A stretch of 64,000 nt of DNA. Source: an uncultured Parachlamydiaceae bacterium (GTDB taxonomy: Bacteria; Chlamydiota; Chlamydiia; Chlamydiales; Parachlamydiaceae). The first letter of the stretch is position 1. The number at the start of each line of letters is the position of its first letter. The DNA is taken from contig CAVVXH010000008.1 in assembly GCA_963752155.1 (NCBI GenBank), forward strand, positions 32,001 to 96,000, given 5' to 3'. A model generated the notes under the pieces. That model saw only the letters and a program-made list of their open reading frames with translations. It ran no database searches and was not told the DNA's origin. The position numbers and the translations under genes were made by a program. Shown piece by piece: positions 42,025 to 52,418 of this stretch.

Positions 42025-43157
42025 AAATACCACCGTTTAAGTTAGAAGAATTCTGGAAGAAATATGAGTTTACATCTCCCTATTTGCTTTGCTGTTCGGA
42101 TGCGGAAACTTGGAGCTTACAGCAACTGCTAGCTCTTGCTGATTCTGAATCTTTGAAGCTTTGGGAGTCATTAGCTCTTGGATACACAGAATCACCAGGA
42201 CATCCTTTGCTTCGGGAACAGATTTCTCATTTGTATGCTTCCTTAAATTCGGATCAAGTTCTTACCTTTGCAGGCGCTGAAGAAGGAATTTATTGTGCAA
42301 TGAGAGTTTTAGTGCAATCTGGAGATCATGTGATTACGATTGATCCCTGTTATCAATCACTTGCCACTCTTCCAGAAACGTTTGGAGCTACAATCACAGC
42401 AATTCAGCTGCATCCTGAAAATCAATGGAAGTTGAATTTAGAAGAGGTTCAAAAAGCATTTCAGCCAAATACCAAGCTTCTTATTCTCAACTATCCTCAT
42501 AATCCAACAGGAGCCCTTCTAGAGAAAAAGATATTGGAAGGCTTAATCGCGCTGGCAAGAAAAAATGGAGCTTATATTTTTTGTGACGAAGTGTACCGAT
42601 ATTTGGAAATAGATGAAAAGGAAAGAATGCCTTCAATTGCCGATGCATATGAAAAAGGAATCTCTCTTAACGTGATGACAAAATCATTTGGCCTAGCCGG
42701 CCTTAGAATCGGCTGGATAGCTACTCGAGATGCGACCTTCTTAAGTGAGGTAGGCTCTTATAAATTGTATACTTCTATCTGTAATAGTGCTCCAAGCGAG
42801 ATTTTAGCTATCATTGCCCTCCGTTCTAAGGAGAAGATTCTTGAGCGTAATCGAGAGATTGTCTTACAAAATCTACAAATCTTAGAGGCATTTGTAAAAC
42901 GGAATCGGCAATATGTATCTTGGATACGTCCTCAGAGTGGAACAATGGCTGTTTTACAGCTTTTGTTACCTGTATCCATTGAAGATTTTGCTGAAGATTT
43001 GGTTCGCTCCGAAGGAGTGTTAATTATGCCCGGTCCTGTATTTGATCTCCCAGGAAACTTTTTTCGCATCGGTTTTGGCAAGAAAAATATGCCTGAAATT
43101 TTGAAACGTTTTGAAACCTATCTTCAATCCCAAGGAGACCGCTATGCAGCATCTTAG
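42021..43157 (+). CDS. PLP-dependent aminotransferase class I/II
   Basis: NYPHNPTG, DEVYR, TKSFGLAGLRIGW. Confidence 0.9.
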   Translation: MKIPPFKLEEFWKKYEFTSPYLLCCSDAETWSLQQLLALADSESLKLWESLALGYTESPGHPLLREQISHLYASLNSDQVLTFAGAEEGIYCAMRVLVQSGDHVITIDPCYQSLATLPETFGATITAIQLHPENQWKLNLEEVQKAFQPNTKLLILNYPHNPTGALLEKKILEGLIALARKNGAYIFCDEVYRYLEIDEKERMPSIADAYEKGISLNVMTKSFGLAGLRIGWIATRDATFLSEVGSYKLYTSICNSAPSEILAIIALRSKEKILERNREIVLQNLQILEAFVKRNRQYVSWIRPQSGTMAVLQLLLPVSIEDFAEDLVRSEGVLIMPGPVFDLPGNFFRIGFGKKNMPEILKRFETYLQSQGDRYAAS

Positions 43158-43169
43158 TAAACAAGCCAG

Positions 43170-43570
43170 TTGTCTACGTTCATAAAGCATAGAGCTGATT
43201 TTCTTGCGTAAAGTTCTGACATTCCATTTTTCTATGCGACACATCTCAGCATAGAAATCACGTTTTAATAGATCTTTGAGTGGAATTAATTCAATAAAAT
43301 GACTCCAGCTCAATTGTCGCATCAGTGTCGCGACAATTTGCTCATCAGGGAAGACTTCTACAAATTGCAACATTCTTCGAAGGCTTTTCTCTGCAAAGCC
43401 TTGTCCAAACTCCATCGCCAATTGTCGCGACACTGTCGCGACAATCTCCTTTCCATAATCTGCACGCTTTTCTTGTAGAATTTCCGAACGGATTCGATAG
43501 CCAATTTTCCAATAAAGAGCGGTAAGACTTGAATTGATTGCAATCGCTATAGATTGACGAGTATTTTCGT
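43170..43570 (-). pseudogene. YhcG/DUF1016 N-terminal fragment
   Basis: LYWKIG...ADYGKEIV...LSWSHF...RDFYAEMCRIEKWNVRTLR. Confidence 0.8.
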
Positions 43571-43752
43571 TCCCATTGTTTGCATACTGTAGGATAACCT
43601 TTAATACGGACAACAGCTCGCCAACCGACGATTTTTCCATTTCGATCTTTACGTTTATAAATAGACATAGCTCAAACCTCATAGGAGTTATAGTTTGAGC
43701 GGTTGGATAATGCTAGTTAAGATTGTTCTTCACTGCACCAAATTTGCACCGC
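43565..43752 (-). pseudogene. Integrase 3 remnant: leader plus first ~35 codons
   Basis: MSIYKRKDRNGKIVGWRAVVRIKGYPTVC (ATG 43668) and its upstream 85 bp are homologous to 52340-52501. Confidence 0.8.
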
Positions 43753-43856
43753 AAATGATAAAATTAGCTTGATACAACATTTTATTTCAAAATGGGGGTT
43801 TGGATGGTAGATGCATCTACCAATAGGCCCATAGAGGAAATCCTGCTGCACAGTTA

Positions 43857-44807
43857 TTAGAATTCTTGAACGGAATTCCAATCATCAATTGTGCTTTGAA
43901 TTACAGTTTTTAACTGCTGAAAAAGTTGAGGTCTCTCTGGAGGAGAATCTAGAAGTTGTAGAATATTCACAAAATCTGTGATTAAGGCTGAGCGAAACAA
44001 GTCTTTGGGAAGTATTCCTCCAAAATCGGTGTACCCTTTAATTAATGCCTCCATCTTGCAAGGGAACTGTTCTCTATGGCGCATTAAAATAGCAAAATCA
44101 AGGATTCCTATGCCTGCATGAGCAAATTCCCAATCCAAGACAAACACTTTTTTTGCGTGGTAAAGCAAATTGACAGGTTTAAAATCAGAATGAGTGAGGC
44201 TGACGTTATCTTCAACGATTGGAAAAAATTCTTTATTTTCCTGCATGAATGAAATGGTCTTATCAGCTAACTGATCTCCCAGCCTCTGTCTGACAAATTT
44301 GCCTTTAGAAATAATTGAGAAGGCTTCTTCAAAATAAGGGTTTGATCCTCTTTTAAAGACATGGGAGATGGTCATGCCATCCCCAAATAAACCTGCTTGC
44401 GGAAGCTTGAAACTATGAATAGTGGCAAGTACATGTCCCAATTCGTACGACAAGAAATTTCCACTTTCGATAGCTACTTCGGAAATGTGGCTGCCTGAGA
44501 TAAATTCAAAGATAGAGTATGCCCAAGGTTCATGAGATTCATTGGCGTATATCAGTTTAGGAGTTGAAACTTGACCATCGATGAGCTGATGAATAACTCT
44601 TTCTGTTTTACAGTGAGTTCGGTCTCTTGCATAAAGCCTCAGCACAAACTTGTTGTCGTCTATTGTAAATTTGTAAGTTGTATTGCGAGCCCCTCCAGAA
44701 AGAATTCCCCATTCATCTAGCCTATTACAACCAAAAGCCTTACGCACCAAAGCTAAAAGTTCTTCATGATTCAAATAGATATTTTGGATGCTTCTCTCTA
44801 CATTCAA
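43857..44807 (-). CDS. Aminoglycoside phosphotransferase (APH)/kinase family protein
   Basis: [26 protein letters not shown]. Confidence 0.85.
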   Translation of the reverse strand: MNVERSIQNIYLNHEELLALVRKAFGCNRLDEWGILSGGARNTTYKFTIDDNKFVLRLYARDRTHCKTERVIHQLIDGQVSTPKLIYANESHEPWAYSIFEFISGSHISEVAIESGNFLSYELGHVLATIHSFKLPQAGLFGDGMTISHVFKRGSNPYFEEAFSIISKGKFVRQRLGDQLADKTISFMQENKEFFPIVEDNVSLTHSDFKPVNLLYHAKKVFVLDWEFAHAGIGILDFAILMRHREQFPCKMEALIKGYTDFGGILPKDLFRSALITDFVNILQLLDSPPERPQLFQQLKTVIQSTIDDWNSVQEF

Positions 44808-45148
44808 ATCTCTACTCCTTTTCTAGCTACTGCCATAATGTGAGCACTGGCTCCCAGTATTGATTCCTCAAGAGTGAGCACTTCTGATAAAAATTTCCCA
44901 ATTTGCTTTGGAGGAAAGTTGACTACAGCAATCACTTGTTTACCAATAAGCTCTTCTTTGCAGTAATGATGGGTTATTTGAGCCGAAGAACGTTTTCTTC
45001 CTAGATCACCAAAATCGATTTCGAGTTTGTAGGCTGGCTTGCGCGCTTCTAGGAAGTCTTCAACACTTACAATAGTTCCAACACGAATATCAACCTTGAG
45101 GAAATCGGCATATTGGAGCTGTTGTGTCATTTCTTTTTTAGCTTCCAT
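44804..45148 (-). pseudogene. csaA: CsaA-like tRNA-binding protein with a replaced C-terminus
   Basis: [12 protein letters not shown]...SSAQIT...[16 protein letters not shown], followed by [17 protein letters not shown], which resembles a methyltransferase C-terminus. Confidence 0.7.
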
Positions 45149-45168
45149 AATCTAATCCTTCAAATTGT

Positions 45169-45795
45169 CTAACGGCTGTTAGACTTTTTTGCTTTGGTTT
45201 TTTTCGGCTTCTTTTGGCTTTCGAGGACAGTACTTAATTCAGCTTCAAACTGGGGGGTGGGTAATGCCATTTTGAAGTTTGTTATTGCCTTTCCCTCTCT
45301 GTGATACAGGTCATTTTCAATCCAGATTGTGAGCATGCTACGGCTCCAGCCATGCTCTATTGCCTTAGAGGCATACCAAAGACGCTCATCATTATCTTTT
45401 ATTTTTTGAAGAAGTAGGATGTTATGTCCCCAGGGGATGCTAAAAATAGGCAAGGATTCAAATTGTCGCACAGCTTGTGCGACTTTTTCATAAGCGATAA
45501 AAAATGCCTTCATCCTAAACATGTTGGCTCTTGAAAACCCTTCTATCCCAGGGAACTCATTTTGGAGGTCTTTAGCTACTCTTTCCAGCACTTTGCTACC
45601 CCAGCCTTCCCTCTCCTGTTTTTCAATTATATCCTTACCAATCTCCCAATAAAGCTTGATCAATTCACTGTTAACTGCGACTGCTGCCTTGATCTGGGCT
45701 GATCGAATTTTAGCCTTCAGTGATGTGATGAATTTGGTATATTCAGCAGGGGATACATCTCCCTTTTTGATGGCTAGGCTGGACTTTTGAGACAT
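45169..45795 (-). pseudogene. YhcG/DUF1016 family protein lacking the PD-(D/E)xK domain
   Basis: AQIKAAVAVNSELIKLYWEIG...IPWGHN...GWSRSML...GKAITNF...LPTPQ jumps straight to the C-terminal tail. Confidence 0.75.
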
Positions 45796-46153
45796 GAAAA
45801 AACTCTATTAAAAATGAAGCCAATCATAGTTGATGGAAAGCAAAAAATCAAGATAAGGATGCCTGAGGATTTGTCCGAGGATTTTTGATCTTATCTCATT
45901 TCTGGAGATGGAAAAGGGCCACTTATCATTTTGAAATCTGCACGGGATGTCTTTTGTAAATTGATGCCAGTTCTCTGAGAGTTTTTTGTGCTTTAGCACC
46001 TTCTAAAGCTAATTTTGATGCAGCTCCATATTTTTTTTTCTTATCGTCGCTTGACAATCACAATTTTTATACAGCACTTTTTGAAGCATAAGAGTTAACC
46101 CAAGTTTTAGCGTGTTTTTACTAAAAGCAACTAAAAAAAAGGAGAAAACACAG

Positions 46154-46370
46154 ATGACTGAAGAATGCCCCAAAGACTACATGACCCCTACGCAACTTGT
46201 CAAAGACCCTTGTTGTCCATTCAGCAAGCGAGCTTTGTACTGGCACATTTGGAGAGCAGGAATCAATGGCTTAGCCCCCGCAATTTATCGTGTAGGCTGA
46301 AAAGTGATACTGTCGCGCTCGGGTTTTATAGCCTGGCTGACAAGTCATCAAAGGAAGCCAAAATTAATCC
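46154..46370 (+). pseudogene. Excisionase/AlpA-like small DNA-binding protein with an in-frame TGA
   Basis: YMTPTQL...FSKRALYWHIW...NGLAPAIYRVG*KVILSRSGFIAWL; GGAG RBS. Confidence 0.6.
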
Positions 46371-46459
46371 TGTTATATCTGAAACTCTTTCAAGAGCAGA
46401 AGAAGCGCAACATCCTAATTCAGACAGGATTGTTAAGAGACAGGGGTTTACCATCTCTA

Positions 46460-46795
46460 TTAGGCTTTTCTAGCAAATCTCTGGTCTGAGAGATTGCCTA
46501 ACTGTGTTTTCCACCAAAGAAGGTGCTGTTGGGTATTTCGCGCATTTTTAGGTTTTGAAGGGAGAACTTTTGCAATGTAGCGGTCAATGAGCTCATCAAG
46601 TTTGTTTTGCTTGGAAGTCATTGTAGGAAAGTACATGCCTTGTCTACGCTTTGTTTCTTCTTGAGCCTTCCAAGTTCTAGCTTCCAATAGGGTAGGAAAG
46701 CTTTTTGATTGAGGAGGGAAGCCATCGTTTAATCTGACTTGAGCCCTGTAGCTCTTCGTACCATCTTTATTTGTGATTTTTTGTATACCACGCAT
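46460..46795 (-). pseudogene. Integrase 2, N-terminal fragment
   Basis: MRGIQKITNKDGTKSYRAQVRL...SKSFPTLLEARTW...LIDRYI...HLLWWKTQLG, with no catalytic domain; lies next to the att copy. Confidence 0.8.
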
Positions 46796-46931
46796 GTCAG
46801 CACCTTTTGGTTTGCTGCTGCGTGCTGTGCTTTTTAGTGAATCTGTGTGCATTGTGTGTGCATCGACAGTTTTTTCGTTTTTAGAACGATCCACAAAATC
46901 ACACCTAACTTGTTGTAGAAGAATAGGTTAG

Positions 46932-47115
46932 AAAAGTGGGGCAACTTGGACTTGAACCAAGGACCAGCGGGTTATGAGGGCGGTGGTCCGCCATATAACC
47001 CAATACCATCCAACCGCTATGAGTATGATGGTAAAGGATTTATGACTAAAATGCTACTGGAATTTATTGGATTTTGATGGTGCAATGGGTTCATCGTTGC
47101 ACCGCTAGTGCACCG
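46932..47115. mobile_element. att site: 3' 42 bp of tRNA(CAT) (46937-46978) plus conserved arm region
   Basis: Identical 42-mer to the tRNA 3' half; downstream region homologous to 39637-39768; TGCACC pair at 47098/47109. Confidence 0.92.
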
Positions 47116-47120
47116 TGGGA

Positions 47121-48167
47121 TTAAGAAGGTCTGCGTTTCTTCGGGCTTTTCTTAGGACTGTTCGAGTCAATTTGTTTAACTTCCTTAATAGCCTCGATAA
47201 AGTGCCTCTCAACAGGAGACGGAAGTTCGTTTAATTGCTGCCGGTATTTAGCGTATTCAGCCTTTGCCTTATCAAGAGCATTTTGATGGCTAATTTTACC
47301 TGCATGAGTGAGAATATCACGGTCACTGGTGCGGAGAAAATCATCTAGCTTGACAATCCAGTCTTTCATATACATAGGTTTTCGACTTAAAGCTTGTAGC
47401 TCTGCAAAATCGAGATACATGGCAACAATTAGATTAAGAGTTTCAAGTTCATTGTTGTTTAAATAATTTTTTGCAATTCCAATATCTGGGACACGTAAAT
47501 TATTGCCTGTCCAAGAGGTGAGTCCCATATTCGGCTTTGTAGAGTCTGCTCGAGTGTGGATAATTTCAGCCGCAGTATGCCCGTGAGCAGCCCAGTGCAT
47601 CTTGTTTTGTACAATGGCAAAAAACTCCTCAGACAAATCTGAACGTGGATTGTAATCAATACTTGTAGCATAAATATCAAGAACCTTTCGCCAAAAGACT
47701 TTTTCTGACGAACGGATGTCTCTAATGCGTGCCAATAGCTCATCAAAATAATTACCACCACCAGATTGCTTTAATCGCTCATCATCTAAAACAAATCCTT
47801 TGATAAGGTATTCTTTCAATCGTTGAGTGGCCCAAATGCGAAATTTGGTGCCTCTATGAGAGCTGACTCTGTATCCTACGGAGATGATCACATCTAAGTT
47901 ATAAAAGTCTATTTGCCGTGTGACTTCTCGTGATCCTTCGGCTTGAACTGTCCGGAATTTCCGGATAGTTGAATCTGCAGAGAGTTCCCCTTCGCTAAAG
48001 ATATTTTTTATATGCTCTGAAATCGTTCTCTTATCTTTGTCAAACAGCTCGCTCATTTGAGCTTGACTTAGCCAAACAGTCTCATCAAGAAGACGCACCT
48101 CAACTTTAGTAAGGCCATCTTCGGTTTGATAAAGAATTAGATCACTATCAGGCACGTTAGTTTTCAT
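47121..48167 (-). CDS. Virulence RhuM family protein
   Basis: ETVWLSQAQMSELF, YNLDVIISVGYRV.S.RGTKFRIWAT, YFDELLARIRDIRSSEK. Confidence 0.92.
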   Translation of the reverse strand: MKTNVPDSDLILYQTEDGLTKVEVRLLDETVWLSQAQMSELFDKDKRTISEHIKNIFSEGELSADSTIRKFRTVQAEGSREVTRQIDFYNLDVIISVGYRVSSHRGTKFRIWATQRLKEYLIKGFVLDDERLKQSGGGNYFDELLARIRDIRSSEKVFWRKVLDIYATSIDYNPRSDLSEEFFAIVQNKMHWAAHGHTAAEIIHTRADSTKPNMGLTSWTGNNLRVPDIGIAKNYLNNNELETLNLIVAMYLDFAELQALSRKPMYMKDWIVKLDDFLRTSDRDILTHAGKISHQNALDKAKAEYAKYRQQLNELPSPVERHFIEAIKEVKQIDSNSPKKSPKKRRPS

Positions 48168-48533
48168 TTAAAAGAACTCCTAAATTTTCTCTGACTGGGG
48201 ATACCGATCATATCTCCCTTACTGCATTATAGAGTCGAACTAGCGTCTTTGATGTTAGAGAGATTTTACTTAAAAAGATACCGAATTTTATTGGATTTTA
48301 TGGCACAACAGGGTTCTTTGTCGCCAATGCAGCATCAAAGGCACATGATTAAGTACTCTACCATACATACATTTTGATGAGGCGACTAGATGCATTTAGC
48401 ACTTTTGACTGGAAAAAGTTATCTTTTCCAAATAGAATGATTTCAAAATTTAACCTGAAAAAGCTAATTGATGGAATTATTCTTTTGTAGACTGTGTCGG
48501 ATTGAGGAACATAGCTTTTCTAGAGTAGGAGAT

Positions 48534-49152
48534 ATGATGACTAAAAAAATAGGTATTTATCTAGCAGGAAGTATAAAAAAAGGGCATGAAAATCCTCAAG
48601 AATCGTTTTGGACAGAAAGTGATATAGCTCTGATACAAAATAGCTTTCAAAAACGCGAAGTCATTTTTTTAAATCCTGCTTTCCGCATGGACAACCTTGC
48701 AGACCAGTATTCTGTATTTGGCAGAGATATGACTCAAGTCTTTTGTAGTCATGTGGTATTTGTCGATGCTCGAGACAGAAGAGGTCTTGGCGTAGGAGCT
48801 GAAATGATGTGGGCCAAAATGAATAAAATTCCCGTTGTTACTTGGGCTCCAAAAGACACTCACTATAATAAGACCAAAACGACGATTTTAGGAGTGGAAG
48901 TGAACGATTTTATACATCCATTTGTTTACGGATTGAGCGATAAAATCATTGATAGGCTAGAGGAAGGGGCCCTATGGATAGAAAAAATGTTGTCTGATCC
49001 ATCTATTGAGATTAAAGGGCTCAAGCACATTCAGGCTGCCCATGCAATATTACCAAGAAAGTCAGTTGCCAATTGATTTACCCATGCGTGAGATTTTAAG
49101 TTGTGAGACCTTTAACAACCGATTGACTAGACCACTTGCTGAAGTACATTAA
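48534..49152 (+). CDS. Nucleoside 2-deoxyribosyltransferase-like protein (apparent +1 frameshift near 49040)
   Basis: IYLAGSI...FLNP...FGRDM...GVGAEMMWAK.NKIPVV. Confidence 0.6.
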
Positions 49153-49164
49153 ATTAGAGGGAAA

Positions 49165-49509
49165 ATGAAGAAGTTTTTAATTTTAGCGTGTTTGGCCTTA
49201 ACTCAAGCCCAAGCATTAGAATATGAAGTACAGTTGGAAAATGATCAGGTTTGTGTTTCTCGAGTAGTGATAGAGCCAAAAGAAGAGATTGGTTTGCATC
49301 GTGATGCAGTACCTCAAATTATTGTAGGGTTACGAGGTGGAACCATCACTAGATTAGAGGCAGATGGACGAGAAGTTGACGTTGAATTTCCAACTGGAAA
49401 GGCTGTGTATCGCCCTGTTGATCCAGAAGATGAGTTGCACAGAAGCGTGAATAGATCAAATGCTCCTATTGAAATTATCATTATTCAGATGAAAAACAAT
49501 TCAAATTAA
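49165..49509 (+). CDS. Secreted cupin-domain protein
   Basis: Signal peptide; ENDQVCVSRVVIEP...GLHRD...LHRSVN. Confidence 0.7.
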   Translation: MKKFLILACLALTQAQALEYEVQLENDQVCVSRVVIEPKEEIGLHRDAVPQIIVGLRGGTITRLEADGREVDVEFPTGKAVYRPVDPEDELHRSVNRSNAPIEIIIIQMKNNSN

Positions 49510-49511
49510 GG

Positions 49512-50136
49512 ATGTCTCAGATGTTTCGAGTCTTTTTATGTATCTTTCTTTTGGGGAGTAGTTTTATGCATGCAGAAGTCACAGAGATGATCGAACTAGA
49601 CATTATTCCATATGAAAAATTGATCCAAGGCGATTTCGATGCTCTGCAGACACTAGATAAGGCATTACATGAAAAAGGGATTGTTGGTGTTCGAGGAGTG
49701 CCTGGTTATAAAGCAAAATACGAACAATTCATTAATGCAGCTAGAAGATTTAGTGCCCTTCCCGAAGACGTAAAAGAGAGCTATAAGCCAAACAGAGCAC
49801 TTGGGGAGACTTTTCTTGGATATGAAATGGGAAAGGAAAAATTTTTGAGACCAGATGGCACTTGGATAGTCGATGACCTAAAAACTTCCTACTATGCATA
49901 TATTCCTGATAGCACTAAAAACAAATGGCCTTTAGAAGTTAACTTGCAAGAGCCATTTGAAGCTTTAGGGCAATTAATGGCAGACACTGGCGAATTGGTT
50001 ATGCATAAAATTGGGCTTTTAGGGAGTGTTACAGGCTTTGAGTTAGAAGAAGATTCTCGGCTAGGTCGGATGCTCTATTATCGTAAGAGTGACAACAATG
50101 AAAATCCTCATTGGTGTGGTGCTCATTTTGATCATG
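49512..50136 (+). pseudogene. 2OG-Fe(II) oxygenase (IPNS-like), 3'-truncated
   Basis: GRMLYY...WCGAHFDH (HxD), then an abrupt junction with opposite-strand primase remnant. Confidence 0.7.
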
Positions 50137-50720
50137 CCAATCAAGCTTCCAAGGTAGACAAAGAGAGAAGCTACAAAATAGTCTTCAGCTATTTGCATCT
50201 GCTTGGCATTTCCTTGTATCCAATCAGTAAGTTCTTGAGGTAAAGTTAATGTAGGGCAAGGCAAAACCTCGCTTAAAAGCTCCTTAATGGCCTCAGGCGG
50301 GCTGTTAAAAGCAGGTGGTCCATCAACATTCTTTTCAAAATACTTGAATGCATCCAAGGAATTGCTGTTCACGTGATCTTCAAACGCAATCCTTAGATAT
50401 TCTGAATGCGGCTCATCAATGGGGCCAAAACCATCCCATTCAGGTGGACATTTTGAATGGGCTAGAATCCAATCCACAAAATCATCACCCTTATTCTCGA
50501 TAGAAAGTTTACAGACTGTCAGCTTTGCACTTGGACAAGCTTTTTGAACCTCCTGAGCTACTGCCTCCATATACTTGTGGCCAGGGTTATCATTGTCAGG
50601 GATAAGCACGAATTCGCAAACATGTCTAAACTTTGCTAATATCGCCCAATCCGCATACTGGGCTTGACTTGATCCCATCATTGAGGTCAGTGCCGATAAG
50701 CCTAGATGATGCGCTTCGGC
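50136..50720 (-). pseudogene. TOPRIM primase plus start of DUF3987-like domain (replication remnant)
   Basis: LGLSALTS.MGS...ADW...LIPDNDNPG...KGDDFVDW; LPQELTDWI...QMQIAEDYFVASLFVYLGSLIG. Confidence 0.7.
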
Positions 50721-51354
50721 GGCTACCAACTGAGCGTTAGGTCTGCCTTCTAAAAGCTCTCTTGCCAGTCCTTGGAGGATTTGAGCGACTAGGTGGATAT
50801 CTATAGGGTAGGCTGTAGCAGGCGCAATTCGACTGATTTTTCCTGTATGCTGATCAACTCTCATCTCCTCAGGAAAGATTTCTTCGATAAGGCCTCTTTC
50901 CTCTTGAGACAATTGTTCCCTTAGATAAGCTGTAAAACTTCTAAGAGAGCGTATTTTAGATGATCTGCGACCTTTTTTTCTTTTCATTTCTGACGCTATC
51001 CTTTCTAGGTAAACCTCTAGAGTTTCATTAGAGTAAGGCTTCTGGATAATGCGTTTCATGTAATCTTGGATGTCAAGATTGAGTTCAAGCCATTCCTCAT
51101 AATAGGGCTTAGCCAACTCCTTTGCTGCTTCGACCACAGGAGATGTACGATTAAATTTAGGAAAGTGATCGTATAAATCTGCAAATATCCAACAAAAGAG
51201 CCTCTTTACGAGGCCAAGGATCAATATTATCATCTCCAAACCCAGGTGTTCCTGCTATGCTAAGACCTGACGATTTCCAGATTTCTTCTTTTCGTTTCAT
51301 CTGAGATAAGAAATCTCGGAGAACGTCTTTTAAACGTTCAAGCTGGTTGCTCAT
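50720..51354 (-). pseudogene. Hypothetical protein downstream of the integrase, frameshifted and fused to the primase remnant
   Basis: ORFs 51157-51354 and 50061-51239 overlap in different frames. Confidence 0.4.
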
Positions 51355-52418
51355 TCATTGCCCCGATGTTAAGATTTTCTGTAATGCCCTCAGAGTATTT
51401 TCTAACGAGATCGGCTTCGAGATGGGTATAACGCTGAAGCATTTGTAAAGTACGATGTCCCATTGCTGTTGCAAGCTCAAGGTTAGAAGCACCCTGGCGG
51501 GCTGCCAGAGTGGCAAAGCTGTGTCTAATGTCATGAAAGCGTAGATTAGTGAGTTCTGCTCGCCTAAGAGTTTCTTGCCATGGTTTCTTGATGTCAATTT
51601 CGCCAAATGCCGTTTTGCTGGCAAAGATCACTTTTTTATTGGGTTGCTTGATCTCATGAAGGCGTTTTAATTCCTCAACGACCTCATCAACCAAGGGTAC
51701 ACTTCTTGGTCGGCCATTTTTAGTTTCTTTGAGATGAGCAAGTTGATTCTTAAAGTCATGGTCCCACTTGAGTTGCAAGATTTCTCCTTGCCTCATACCT
51801 GTTGTGATAGCCATCAGAACAATGCAATATAGATAGGGGTTGCGACTCTCTTTGCAGGAAATGATCAGACGAGATGCTTCATCTTCAGAAAGAATGCGAT
51901 CTCTTCCTTTGGATTCTTTGAGCTTGATTAGGTTAAAGCATGGGTTTTCATCTATCCAGCGAAGACGGCGACAAGCATAGGTTAAGCAAGAAGATAGAGC
52001 GGCAATATAGCGGTTGACGGTTGCAGATGAACGCTTCTTTCCATTAAGCATTGGCGTTTCCACCAAAAGCTGCCGTTCCTTAGAAAGAAGCTCAGGTGTA
52101 AGATGGACAAGCGCATAGCCAGCAAGTCGCTCTTTCCAGTAATTCATATGACGAATAGCGTCTTTTTTTGCTCGCAAATGCTCTAATGCGCCATCAGAAA
52201 TATAGCGTTGAACAAGATCAGCAAAAGTGCGATGGGTGTTGACTCTTTCAAACTTGAACTGTCCCATCTTGATCTGGCGTTCAACTTCTTGTGCCCAATC
52301 TTCAGCTTCTTGTTTGCGATCCAAATGATTGCAGACTGTAGGGATAGCCTTTGATACGGACAACTGCTCGCCAGTGACTAGTTCCGTTCTTATTTTTACG
52401 CTTTTGTATAGAAGCCAT
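51338..52418 (-). CDS. Tyrosine recombinase/integrase 1 (+1 frameshift at 52341-52343)
   Basis: TGMRQGEI (R), ETKNG (K), FHDIRH (HxxR), MGH, RYTH; true N-terminus MASIQKRKNKNGTSHWRAVVRIKGYP is in another frame; gene starts about 150 bp from the tRNA 3' end. Confidence 0.9.

Noticed and set aside
43020..43682. 220-aa ORF as a real gene
   Set aside because: Chimera of an off-frame integrase start, a DUF1016 fragment and the antisense strand of the aminotransferase
39595..46978. Additional tRNA genes
   Set aside because: Only the 3' half from the anticodon loop onward is present; no D arm or 5' acceptor strand
50061..51239. 392-aa ORF as a single novel protein
   Set aside because: Mosaic of a hypothetical gene, TOPRIM/DUF3987 remnant and the antisense strand of the 2OG oxygenase
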